From contig JADJZU010000012.1 of the NCBI GenBank assembly GCA_016715625.1, positions 20,287-84,286 on the forward strand: a DNA stretch of 64,000 bases. Direction: 5' to 3'. This DNA comes from Bacteroidota bacterium. GTDB lineage: Bacteria; Bacteroidota; Bacteroidia; Chitinophagales; LD1. The notes beneath the pieces are model-generated. The model did not search any database and had not been told where the DNA came from. It saw nothing but the letters and a program-made list of their open reading frames with translations. The first letter of the stretch is position 1, and each line of letters begins with the position of its first letter. The position numbers were made by a program, and so were the translations under genes. Shown here piece after piece: positions 39,301 through 49,000 of the stretch.

Positions 39301-42300
39301 GCACAAATGTAATTACACCGCTATTCACTGAAGCTACTCCATTGGTAGCGGACAATACCGTCACAACACCACCATCTCCTTCTGGGTCTGTATCATTACC
39401 CAATACAGCAATCTGCACGGCTTCCTCTTCGCAGGTGTTCGCAGTATCCGCATTGGCCACCGGAGCCTGATTGATGTGAAGGCAGATAGTGTCACTTGTC
39501 TGACAGCCATTTGGTGTATTCACCGCTGTAGCCACCACACAGAAGTCCACCGCAGTAGGATCGATCGCTGAAGGATTGATAGAAATTGGACCAAAGCCGG
39601 ACGTAATCACTGCTCCGCCCAATCTTCTCCAAACGATGTTAAATACATCCAAACTATAGGTAGCACTTAAGGTAGTAGACTGTCCTGCACATACTGTATC
39701 TGCAGAAGCGGAAATAGTCAACAACGGGTTGTCTTTCACATTAATCACCACTGTGGCTGAATTTCCACAACCCGCAATAGAGTCGAAATAAGTGTAGGTA
39801 ATCGTGTTGTTGCCAACAAGGGCTAACAACGGATTAAACTCATTACCGTTCTGTATACCAGGCCCGCTGAACACACCACCTGCTGGTGTTCCTGTAAGTA
39901 TTTGCACATCACTGTTACTACATACACTTGGATTTTGACCGCTAATACTAACTACCGGCAGAGGATTAACCGTAATGCAAACTACTGTATCATCAATACA
40001 TCCGGTAGAAGGATCCTGGTAGGTGTAGCGAATACACCACAACCCTGGACCAGCTGAATTTGTCTGGAAAATATTTCCTGTTACAAATGGTCCGCTGAAA
40101 ATACCACCTGCTGGCACTCCGGTTAATGTAATGTTACCTGCATTTGCGCAGTAAGAAGTGTTTAAGCCACTAATACCTGCTACTGGCGGAGCATTCACCG
40201 TAACCACTGTAGTGTCGGAAGATGCGCAACCATTTGCATCCGTAACTAACAGCGTGTAGGCTGTTGTGGTATCCGGACAAGCTTGAGTGTTTAAGGTAGT
40301 TGGGCTTGTTAAAGGACCACCACTCCATAAGTAATTGAATGGAGCTACACCAGTTCCAGTTACAATACCATTCAAGTTCACACATCCACCCGAATTAGAA
40401 CATAATGAAGAGTTGGCCCCGGCATTTACAAAAATAGATGGCGGGTTGGCTGTCAAATTCATACAATCTGGTAATGATTGACATCCAAACGCATCTCTCA
40501 CAACTACACAGTATACCTGATTATTGCCCACGTTGGTCAACACAGGATTAGCATCTGTAATACTGTTAAGACCTGTTGGGTTATTCCACAGATATGTATA
40601 CGGCTGTTGCGTTCCGGAACCAGTTGGTGTGCCTCCTAAAACTGCACTGTCTGAAGAGCAGGCAAAGATAGTTGCATCCGGCCCTGCATCCGCAACCGGA
40701 CGGGCACGAAGCACAACATCAACAGCATCTGTAGCAGAACATCCCAGTGAATCGGTTACTGTTACGCTATAAGTAGTGTTAACCAACGGAGATACAGATG
40801 GATTAGCTGCAGAAGTTGGGAAAGCGCCTGCACTCCAATTGTAAGTAAGAGGACCTGTTCCGCCTGTGCCTGTTGGACTTCCACCTAAATTGATGGTAGA
40901 ACCGGTGCACAAGAATGAATCCAATCCTGCATTCACTGTAACCAATGGGCTTACAACCACATTCATAGAGTCAACCGCTACACAACCATTTGCATCGGTA
41001 ACTGTCAACATGTATTTAGTAGTTGAAAGCGGATTTGCACATGGGTTTGCAATTGTAGGATCACTTAATCCTCCAATTGGAGACCACTGATAAATGTATG
41101 GGAACTGACCTCCTTGAGCCGTAGGACTTCCACCCACCTGCACACATGAAGAACTGTTCAGACAGTATACTATATCGGCTCCGGCATCCACCACCAAAGT
41201 GGTAGGCACCACAGTAATTAGCACGCTATCTGTTCCAAAACATCCTGTAGTGTTATCCGTAACGGTAAGTGTAAAGACGGTAGACTGAGTCAAACCAGTC
41301 AAAATAGGGTTTGGAATAGTAAGACCGTTCAACACTTTAATGCCCCCTACGCTATCCGGAGACCAGGCATAGCTGTAATTTCCTGTTCCACCACTTCCGG
41401 AAGGAGAACCGCCCAGTGTATGGAATGAACCACCACATGATACTAGTGTAGTCGGATTTCCGGCATCGGCTATTACTCCCGGGTTCACCAGAATTTGCTG
41501 ACAAGCCGAAGACGAGCAACCTACTGCATCGGTAACGGTAACACAATAAACCGTAGACACACTAGGTGATGCCGCAGGGTTGGAAATATTTGGACTGGAA
41601 AGGAGTCCTACGGTTGGGTTCCAGCTATAGGTAAATGGAGCAGTTCCTCCATCTGCAGTGTTTGGCGTTCCACCTAAATTGGCTACTCCACCAGCGCAGA
41701 TGGCTGTATCTGGATTCATGATGGCTGTAACTGCTGGATTTGCATACAACACCATTGAGTCTATTGCTATACATCCCAACGCATCTTCCACTAACAATAC
41801 ATAAGTCGTAGTGTCAGTCGGATTCACCGTTGGATTTGGAACGTTATTAAAGTCACAGATACCGGCTACCGGACTCCAGTCAATGATATATGGACCGGTT
41901 CCTCCGCTTACGGCACTTGCTCCTCCAATGGATACACAACCTGACTGACCAGCACAAATACTCTTATCAGGTCCTGCATCTGCTGTCAAATCTGAAACAG
42001 ATACGTTAACTGCTGAGTTTGCAGAAGCAGTGCAACCGTTGACATCGGTTACTGTCAGTGAATAGGTGATGCTCTGTGAAAGATTACAAGCTGCCGGATT
42101 CGCAAGTCCGGTGTTGTTTAATCCAGCACCCGGAGCCCATGCATACAAGTATGGTGCTGTGCCACCCGTAGCTGTTGGAACTCCACCGATAATTACGCAA
42201 GCATCCGGACATGCAACCACGTTGAATGGTCCCCCTCCGTTTGCTGTAGGATTTTGATTGACCCTAATAGTCACGTTGGAAGAATTGCTACAGCCGAGAG

Positions 42301-45300
42301 AGTCAGTAGCCGTTACCTGCCATGTTAAAGTTCCGCTTGGCGTGGCAATTGGATTAGACACAGAAGGCGAACTTAAGAACAAAGTAGGGGTCCAGCTATA
42401 AGTATAAGTAGAACCGGTGCCGCCTGATGCAGTTGGTTGACCGCCTAAAGAAACGCTGGCACCAACACAAATAGTGTCAGATACTCCGGCACTTACAATC
42501 GGACGAGGGTTGATAGTAATTCTTACCGAGTCAAAAGCTGAGCATCCATTGGCATCAATTACATCCACATAGTATGTAGTAGAAGCAGCAGGGCTTACTG
42601 TCGGGTTTGGTGAACTACTAGTAAATCCGGATGGATTAGAAGACCACACGTAAGTATAAGGTGGGGTAGTGCCTTGTGCTGTTGGGCTACCACCTAAAGT
42701 GATGGATACAGCTGCACCCGCACAGAATGCTACATCATTGCCAGCCTCTGCCTGTAAAGTTGGATTATTTACCACAACAGTTACCTGGTCGTTGTCAAAA
42801 CAACCATTGGCGTCTGTGACAATCAGATTATAGTTAGTTGTAGAACCAATTCCTACCACCCATGGGTTTGCGATGGAGTCATCGTTCAAGCCTCCGGCAG
42901 GAACCCACGCATAAATATATGGCGCAGAACCACCGGTTGCGGTTGGAGAACCTCCGATTTGGACGCTATCCGATGAGCAAGCTGTGAGCGTTTGATCTAA
43001 TCCCGCATCCGCATTTGGGTTCTGATTCACCGTCACCAGTTTACTATCGGTGCCGGTGCATCCATTGGCATCAGTAACAGTAACTGTAAAGATGGTTGTA
43101 TTCGTTACACCCACTAATGGGTTTGTAGCGGTAGATCCATTAGACCACAAATAAGTGTATGGTGATGTTCCGCCAGTTGCTGTTTGTAAGCAACCGAGAT
43201 AAACTTTAGCACCGGAACAAATAGCTGTGTCAGATCCTGCACAAGCAACCGGTACAGGATTTACAGTAATCGTTACAGAGTCAATGGCCACACATCCTTT
43301 ACCATCTGTAACCGTTACAAAATACTTGGTAGTAGCAATCGGTGTAGCTACAGGGTTTGCAGAAGTGGCAGAACTCAAGGTGGCCGATGGCGACCATGCA
43401 TAAGTATAAGGAGCACTTCCGCCTTGTGCAGTTGGTGCACCTCCAATTGCTGCACTTGAGCTACCACCAGCACAAACTGCGCTGCCAGCACCCGCTTCTG
43501 CGGTCAAGGTACTTGGAGTAATTGTTACCAGGACAGCATCTTCGGCACGACATCCATTTACATCTGTTACCACTAAGGTATACAACTGTGAAGTAGTAAT
43601 GCCGGTTACAAATGGATTGCACAAGGTAGTGCTGTTTAATCCTGTAGCTGGTGACCATGTGCATGTTAATGCTCCTGTTCCACCACTGCTCGCAGGAGTG
43701 CCGCCTATGGTAACTGTATCACCAGAACAACTTACAAGACTCTTATCTGCTCCTGCATTTGCCACAGGAAGAGGACGAACTTCTACCAGCACTTGATCAG
43801 TAGATACACATCCGTTTGAATCTGTAACCTGTAATACGTAAGTGGTTGTTGTCAGCGGACATGCTATAGGATTTGGAATATTGTTCGCATTCAATCCGAT
43901 TGTCGGTGTCCATGAATATTCTAATGGTGAAGTTCCACCACTACCAGCAGGAGAACCACCAATTACAGCACACAGTCCCTGACAAAGGGCAGTGTCTGTA
44001 CCGGCATTCACTGATGGAGCGGCATTGACATTCACAAGAATAGAATCTACCGATGAACATCCCTTACTGTCTGTAACAGTAACATAATAAGTGGTAGATA
44101 CTAACGGTAGCACAGTTGGATTAGCCAGCGCACTGCTGAAGCCAGCCGGTGAAGAAGCCCAAGCAAAAGTGTATGGCGAAGTTCCGCCCACAGCTGTTGG
44201 CACACCGCCAATACTCACTTGAGACCCTGCACTTGCGCATATATTTGAATTGGTTCCTGCATCCGCTTGTAATGTGCTAGGTGTAACGTTTACAATTACA
44301 AAATCAACTCCCTGACAACCATAAATGTCCGTAGCCACCACCTGGTAAGATGTTGTTGCAGCTAAACCAGTCACAAATGGATTTTGAATGGTATCACTAC
44401 TCAATGCGATAGCAGGTGTCCAGTTGAAATTGTATGGACCAGTTCCGCTGCTCACATTTACCAGCATAAAGGCTGTATCAGCAGCACATGCTACAATGGA
44501 CTTATCGCTACCGGCATCCACCACTGGGGTAGGACGAGGAGTTACCACCACATCATCAAAACTGCTACAGCCCTTACTATCGGTTACTAACACTGTATAA
44601 GTGGTAGATACGATTGGTGCAGCAGCCGGATTAGCTACTACTGCCGAACTTAAACCTAACGTAGGTGTCCAGGCATATGTATATCCAGGAGTGCCTGATG
44701 TAGCAGTTGGTGAACCACCAATAGCAACTACGTTACCAGCACAAACGGTGGTATCAGGTCCTGCATTAGAAACAGGATTTGGATTAACCGTTACGGTTGC
44801 AGAACTGGAAGCCGTGCAACCATTTGCATCAGATACTATTACTACGTAGTTTGTAGTGGTAGTAGGATTGGCAACCGGATTAGATACCGTTGAATCGTTG
44901 AGCGATGTTCCATTATTCCAATCATATGCATATGGTGCTGTACCACCGGTGAGAGTTGGGAAGTTGCCCAACTGCACGGTGTTACCAAAACAGATTTGTC
45001 TGTTTAGACCCGCATTAGCTGTTAAATTGTTTGGTCTGACATTTACTGTAACGGCATCGGTAGCGCTGCATCCGTTTGCATCTGTTACCTGTAGCACGTA
45101 AGTTTGAGCAGTGGCAAGACCTTTGACTACAGGATTGGCTACCGATGTAGAGGTGACGATGCCGGTGGCTGGAGACCATGCATAACTATAAGGAGCAAGA
45201 CCACCTGTTGCTGCCGGAATATCACCAATAATTACACTGTCACCAGGACACAAATAAAGGTCTTTATCAACCCCTGCAAATGCAGTAGGATTAGGACGAA

Positions 45301-45481
45301 CAGTAATAGTCATAAAATCGCTGGCAGTACATCCGTTACCATCTGTTGCTGTTACGAAATAGGTGACATTGCCGGAAGGATTAGCACTTGGGTTAGCTGC
45401 TGTTCCGGTATTTAAGAATGTAGATGGACTCCACTGGTAAAGTGTAAGTGCCACTTCCACCAGTAGCTGTTGGGTTGCCAC
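36332..45481 (-). CDS. giant T9SS adhesin, fragment 3 of 3 (C-terminal; carries the type B CTD)
   Basis: The track start is a GTG inside the overlap and there is no signal peptide. Contents are ~85-aa repeats, then Ig/cadherin-like domains. The last ~90 aa (CFLPNGFSPNGDGVNDAFEI…VYNRWGVEVW…DGTYYF…FVVIHR) form the gliding-motility-associated C-terminal domain (T9SS type B). Confidence 0.9.
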   Translation of the reverse strand: MATQQLLVEVALTLYQWSPSTFLNTGTAANPSANPSGNVTYFVTATDGNGCTASDFMTITVRPNPTAFAGVDKDLYLCPGDSVIIGDIPAATGGLAPYSYAWSPATGIVTSTSVANPVVKGLATAQTYVLQVTDANGCSATDAVTVNVRPNNLTANAGLNRQICFGNTVQLGNFPTLTGGTAPYAYDWNNGTSLNDSTVSNPVANPTTTTNYVVIVSDANGCTASSSATVTVNPNPVSNAGPDTTVCAGNVVAIGGSPTATSGTPGYTYAWTPTLGLSSAVVANPAAAPIVSTTYTVLVTDSKGCSSFDDVVVTPRPTPVVDAGSDKSIVACAADTAFMLVNVSSGTGPYNFNWTPAIALSSDTIQNPFVTGLAATTSYQVVATDIYGCQGVDFVIVNVTPSTLQADAGTNSNICASAGSQVSIGGVPTAVGGTSPYTFAWASSPAGFSSALANPTVLPLVSTTYYVTVTDSKGCSSVDSILVNVNAAPSVNAGTDTALCQGLCAVIGGSPAGSGGTSPLEYSWTPTIGLNANNIPNPIACPLTTTTYVLQVTDSNGCVSTDQVLVEVRPLPVANAGADKSLVSCSGDTVTIGGTPASSGGTGALTCTWSPATGLNSTTLCNPFVTGITTSQLYTLVVTDVNGCRAEDAVLVTITPSTLTAEAGAGSAVCAGGSSSAAIGGAPTAQGGSAPYTYAWSPSATLSSATSANPVATPIATTKYFVTVTDGKGCVAIDSVTITVNPVPVACAGSDTAICSGAKVYLGCLQTATGGTSPYTYLWSNGSTATNPLVGVTNTTIFTVTVTDANGCTGTDSKLVTVNQNPNADAGLDQTLTACSSDSVQIGGSPTATGGSAPYIYAWVPAGGLNDDSIANPWVVGIGSTTNYNLIVTDANGCFDNDQVTVVVNNPTLQAEAGNDVAFCAGAAVSITLGGSPTAQGTTPPYTYVWSSNPSGFTSSSPNPTVSPAASTTYYVDVIDANGCSAFDSVRITINPRPIVSAGVSDTICVGASVSLGGQPTASGGTGSTYTYSWTPTLFLSSPSVSNPIATPSGTLTWQVTATDSLGCSNSSNVTIRVNQNPTANGGGPFNVVACPDACVIIGGVPTATGGTAPYLYAWAPGAGLNNTGLANPAACNLSQSITYSLTVTDVNGCTASANSAVNVSVSDLTADAGPDKSICAGQSGCVSIGGASAVSGGTGPYIIDWSPVAGICDFNNVPNPTVNPTDTTTYVLLVEDALGCIAIDSMVLYANPAVTAIMNPDTAICAGGVANLGGTPNTADGGTAPFTYSWNPTVGLLSSPNISNPAASPSVSTVYCVTVTDAVGCSSSACQQILVNPGVIADAGNPTTLVSCGGSFHTLGGSPSGSGGTGNYSYAWSPDSVGGIKVLNGLTIPNPILTGLTQSTVFTLTVTDNTTGCFGTDSVLITVVPTTLVVDAGADIVYCLNSSSCVQVGGSPTAQGGQFPYIYQWSPIGGLSDPTIANPCANPLSTTKYMLTVTDANGCVAVDSMNVVVSPLVTVNAGLDSFLCTGSTINLGGSPTGTGGTGPLTYNWSAGAFPTSAANPSVSPLVNTTYSVTVTDSLGCSATDAVDVVLRARPVADAGPDATIFACSSDSAVLGGTPTGSGTQQPYTYLWNNPTGLNSITDANPVLTNVGNNQVYCVVVRDAFGCQSLPDCMNLTANPPSIFVNAGANSSLCSNSGGCVNLNGIVTGTGVAPFNYLWSGGPLTSPTTLNTQACPDTTTAYTLLVTDANGCASSDTTVVTVNAPPVAGISGLNTSYCANAGNITLTGVPAGGIFSGPFVTGNIFQTNSAGPGLWCIRYTYQDPSTGCIDDTVVCITVNPLPVVSISGQNPSVCSNSDVQILTGTPAGGVFSGPGIQNGNEFNPLLALVGNNTITYTYFDSIAGCGNSATVVINVKDNPLLTISASADTVCAGQSTTLSATYSLDVFNIVWRRLGGAVITSGFGPISINPSAIDPTAVDFCVVATAVNTPNGCQTSDTICLHINQAPVANADTANTCEEEAVQIAVLGNDTDPEGDGGVVTVLSATNGVASVNSGVITFVPTVNYNGTASITYQVCNSNCSNACDTADVFISICPINDTPVVDNPVDTIYENDTSIVCPVVTDVDAGDSYAMDYFSCTPLNGTVSENDTCVTFIPTPGWTGTQILCVSVCDTSGACDTSTITIVVLPINNAPIAQKINVVVCENTAIGINVGAACSDPDGDLLTYNYGPVFGAPVGANYAFQVTGNGTVVFNADTAGVYTIPYTVCDTSNIPQFSLCDTQLIVVVVVTCDSLNNPPVANDDAVVTTVSTPIVINELANDNDPDGDPLNVTIISGPSLPGATATLNPDGTINYNSPVVGVDVVCYSICDPDGLCDTACITIYVDSTVNNNHPPLATDDFTTTDYLTPITIDLTKNDSDPDGNTLVVGPINVPCPPQFGTTTQGPGGTVIYTPGPLANANQPDTFCYVICDVAIPTLCDTAVVVVYINNSVQGVPECATTGSLHPVTFDVAGNDFDPEGDSFSVTSVIPMPITIGAVTLNNDGTITYVPDQDTCGFVDSFQYVITDVQGATDTVTVCVDVICCPRPVAVNDAAVTIPESQISVVILANDTTDNDPSLTVDFTQNGAPSHGTATLDTARTLFYTPDAGWCGFDTIEYFIETRCGFDTAIVVIETYCNVPPVANADTFTICTNTVSELSLLANDTDSNSNVIFITGTSVAQPGTLGGITAQNATSVQFTSLALPGTATFTYFICDNGIPSYCDTNTVVLNIIACTPIQVDTIFDTTFVNVPDTICLDGLVTSSTPWSITSLCNPQNGTVEVLSGDTCFVYTPALNYVGNDTFCLVVCDTFGNCDTTPVIITVLDPTIIAVDEPCEFDSTSKNTPITLRVLENDDLPFGADTTVAVLQPVDNATAVVNSDNTITVTPATDYSGNISFSYEVCVTTGSYTFCDTAVVCVVVKDSVECFLPNGFSPNGDGVNDAFEIPCGTEYPDASLIVYNRWGVEVWNSEGPYQNNFEGKNMQGVPLPDGTYYFLYYHNDGTGDVDAKFVVIHR

Positions 45482-46060
45482 CTATCACTACCACCTGACC
45501 GTTACAGATAGTGGTATCTAAACCGGCATCGGTTGTCATAGGTTGGTTAACAAATACAGTAGCAGAATCTACTGATGTGCAACCAAGCTGATCTGTTACA
45601 GTAACAAAATACTTCGTAGTAGATGTTGGTTTAGCAGATGGGTTGGCCAGGTTGGTCAGATTCAAACCACTCAGCGGAGACCAAGTGTAGCTATACGGAG
45701 CATTGCCCCCCACAGCTGTTGGAATACCGCCCAACTGTATACTATCTCCATTACCACAGATTGCTCCACCGGCACCGGCTTCTGCAGTTAAGCTGCTTGG
45801 TGTGATGGTGATTGTTGCCTGATCACTGGAAGAACAGTTAAATGCGTCTGTTACCACTACAGTGTATGTGGTAGTAGATGGAAGATTACATGCTTGAGGA
45901 TTTGCTGTAGTAGTATCGCTAAGTCCGGTTGCCGGACTCCATGCATACGTCAGCGTGCCTTGACCACCGGTTCCGGTTGGAGAGCCCCCCAGCGTTACGC
46001 AACTTCCTGAACAAGAAACGGCATTCTGATCATTGCCGGCATTTGACACAACAGCAGGAC
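40200..46060 (-). repeat. about 23 tandem ~85-aa coding repeats spanning the fragment 2/3 junction
   Basis: The consensus is x-AG-x-D-xxx-C-x-G-…-(I/L)GG-x-PTA-x-GG-(T/S)-x-PY-x-Y-x-W-(S/T)-P-…-NP-…-TT-x-Y-x-(V/L)-x-VTD-x-x-GC-…-D-x-V-x-V. Counted by hand from the translations. Confidence 0.8.
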
Positions 46061-49000
46061 GAATGGTAACCGTTGCGCTCACATTATTCGCAGGACATCC
46101 GTTAAATGAACCGTTTACATTATAGGTAACCACAATAGGGGCTGCACTAGGATTTACAGGACTATCATTGATAGGCGAAGTATTTCCACTGCTGCTGTTG
46201 CTACCAGTCCAGTTAAAGGTAGTGCCAGGTATGCTCGTTCCAATTGCAATAGAGATTGGAGTTCCGCTGCAAACTGTTTGAGTAGCAGGATTCACGGTAA
46301 GCACCGGTTTCGGTTTCACCACCACAGCCACGCTCAAGGTATCGCCTGAGCAACCAGCCGCCAACGGAACAATGGAGTAAGTAACCGTAATGTTTGCGGT
46401 CCCGTTGTTTACCGGGTTATCAGATATAATACTACCCGTTCCACCAGCACCCAGCGAACTACTCCATGAGTAAGTTGAACTGATAACATTTGAAGTTATG
46501 TTTATAACAACGTTTTCGCCTGAGCAGAAAATAGTGCCATTCGCATTAAACGTTGCAACCGGTTCAGGGTTGATGGTTACAGGTATAGTAACGGTTGTGC
46601 TTCCACAGCCCCCCGGTGCCACACCTACAACATTGTAAGTTACGTTTTGAGGGCCCGAAGTAACATTCAACAGTGAAACAGCAATATTACCAATACCGGA
46701 GGTGCCATTTGTCGCTGACCAGGTAATGACTGTTCCAGGTATGTTTGAAGTAAATGAAATATTCAAGCTGTCTCCGCTGCAAATGGCAGCAGATGCCACC
46801 GATGGTGTTATGACTGGATTACCAAACACCTGAATAACTGCAACGGCCGTATCACACAATGAAGGCGCTCCGTTATCACATACTCGGTAAATCAAAGTAT
46901 CAAAACCATTGAATCCGTTATTTGGATCGTAGAGGTAAACACCCAGTGAGCCAAGTGTCAGCGTTCCATTGTTTACGTTATCAATAATAGAAACACTGGT
47001 GAGGGCATCCCCGTTCGGGTCGCTGTCATTCAGTAACAAACGGAGTGTTGTAGTAGCATCGCTACAGATAAATGCAAAGTCATCAACTGCTACCGGTGGA
47101 TCGTTCGGAATCGAAATAGGATCACGAGAGATAGAGATTACAATAAACGCATTATCGCAAAGCGGCTTAGGATTGTTTACGGCTGTTGGGTCACAGATAG
47201 TATAGTAAATGGTATCGAAACCATAGTAACCACCAAACGGAGTGTAATTAACCGAACCGTTAGCATTCAGGGTAATACTACCATGTGACGGACCTCCTGT
47301 AATCGTTACAGCTAATGCATCGCCATCTACATCATAATCGTTAGCTAATTGATTTATCACCACAGGATTATTCATCGGTGTGGTTACATAATCATTGTTC
47401 GCAATAGGTGCGTGATTAACCAAGGTATCTCCGGCAGGTAGTACAGTAACAATAACTGCTGCATTATCGCAAAGCACATTTACCAGATATGGACTGTTGT
47501 CACAAACTTGGGTAGGAATAGTAAATACGCCTGTAAATCCATTAGCAGGCACCACAACAATGGCACCGTTTCCGGTCACAGCATATGTTCCACCTCCCGG
47601 TGTAACTGCACCGTAGGTGAACGTAAGTGGATCGCCTTCCAAATCACCGGCAGCTGCTGATACATTCACACCGATAGGTTGATTTTCGAAGGTAACAACA
47701 TAGATGGTATCTATATAAGGTGGATCATTAACGGGTGTTACAGTAATTGGAACATCCAAGGTATCGCACAACGAAGGAACACCATTATCACATACCACTA
47801 TACACATGCTATCAGCACCGAAGGTGTTAGTGAAAGGAGTATAAGTGAAGCAAAGCTGATTAATTACGCCACCCTGAACAATCTGTATATTGGAAACAGC
47901 TCCCGCTGTAGGATTGCAAAGAACCACAGCTGTATGAATGTCGATGGTGTCATTATCGCTAAACGGAGTGCATACGGTAATAGGACAATCTTCGCAAGTT
48001 ACGATAGGGGTATCTATTACAACCGGAGGATCATTTACCTGGTTGATAGTAATATAGGCCACAGCGGTATCGCATAACGATGGAAGTGGTGTTCCATTAT
48101 CACAAACGCTATAGCAGAACGAATCCAAACCAAAGTAACCGGTATTTGGAACATAGGTAAATGAACCGTTTGAGTTTAGGGTTAATGAACCATTAAACGG
48201 ACCACAACCAACTGATGGTGTAATCGTCAAAGAAGTAACCGGATTGCCGTCAAGGTTATCGTTATCGTTTGCACGAACCCCGGTTCCGACAGGCACGTTG
48301 AGAGTCACATCTTCAGTAGTGGAATAATTATCGTTTACAGCTATTGGCGGGTCATTCACCGGATTAACCGTAATGGTAATTTTGGTTGTATCACAAAGAA
48401 CAGGAGATCCGTTGTCACATACTACCAAGCAAATAGAATCCAGGCCATTAAAGTTGGCTTGCGAAGTGTAGGTCACGCACAAAGTATTAACTACAAGACT
48501 CACATTGGCAGTTCCTGAATTAGGACCACAATATTGAGCGGCTACGCTTACGGTTTGTCCGGCATCCGGATTCAGCACTGGAATACATACCGTGATAGGT
48601 CCGCAATCTTCACAAGTCACAATCGGAGTATCAATTACAACCGGTGGATCATTTATTCCGACAACGGTAATATAAGCTGTTGCAGTATCACACAATGAAG
48701 GCAGTGGCGTTCCATTATCGCAAACACTATACTGGAATGAATCGATGCCAGAAAAATTCACGTTTGGAGCATAAGTAAACGAGCCATTGGAATTTAGTGT
48801 AAGTGTTCCGTTGCTTACGTTAATAATTGGTGTAGTGGTAACGGTCAAAGATGAATTTGGATTGCCATCCGCATTGTCGTTGTCGTTATTTCTAACACCT
48901 GTTCCCACAGGAACGTTTAATGTCACGTCCTCATTAGTGGTGTAATTATCGTTCAAAGCAACCGGTGGATCATTGACCGGAGTAACATTAATACGAATCG

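Noticed and set aside
45393-45481. Programmed ribosomal frameshifting or phase variation as the explanation for the adhesin frameshifts
   Set aside because: I found no slippery heptamer with a downstream structure. The runs are only 2-4 nt, far shorter than typical phase-variable tracts. Similar breaks also occur in unrelated housekeeping-type genes in the same window.
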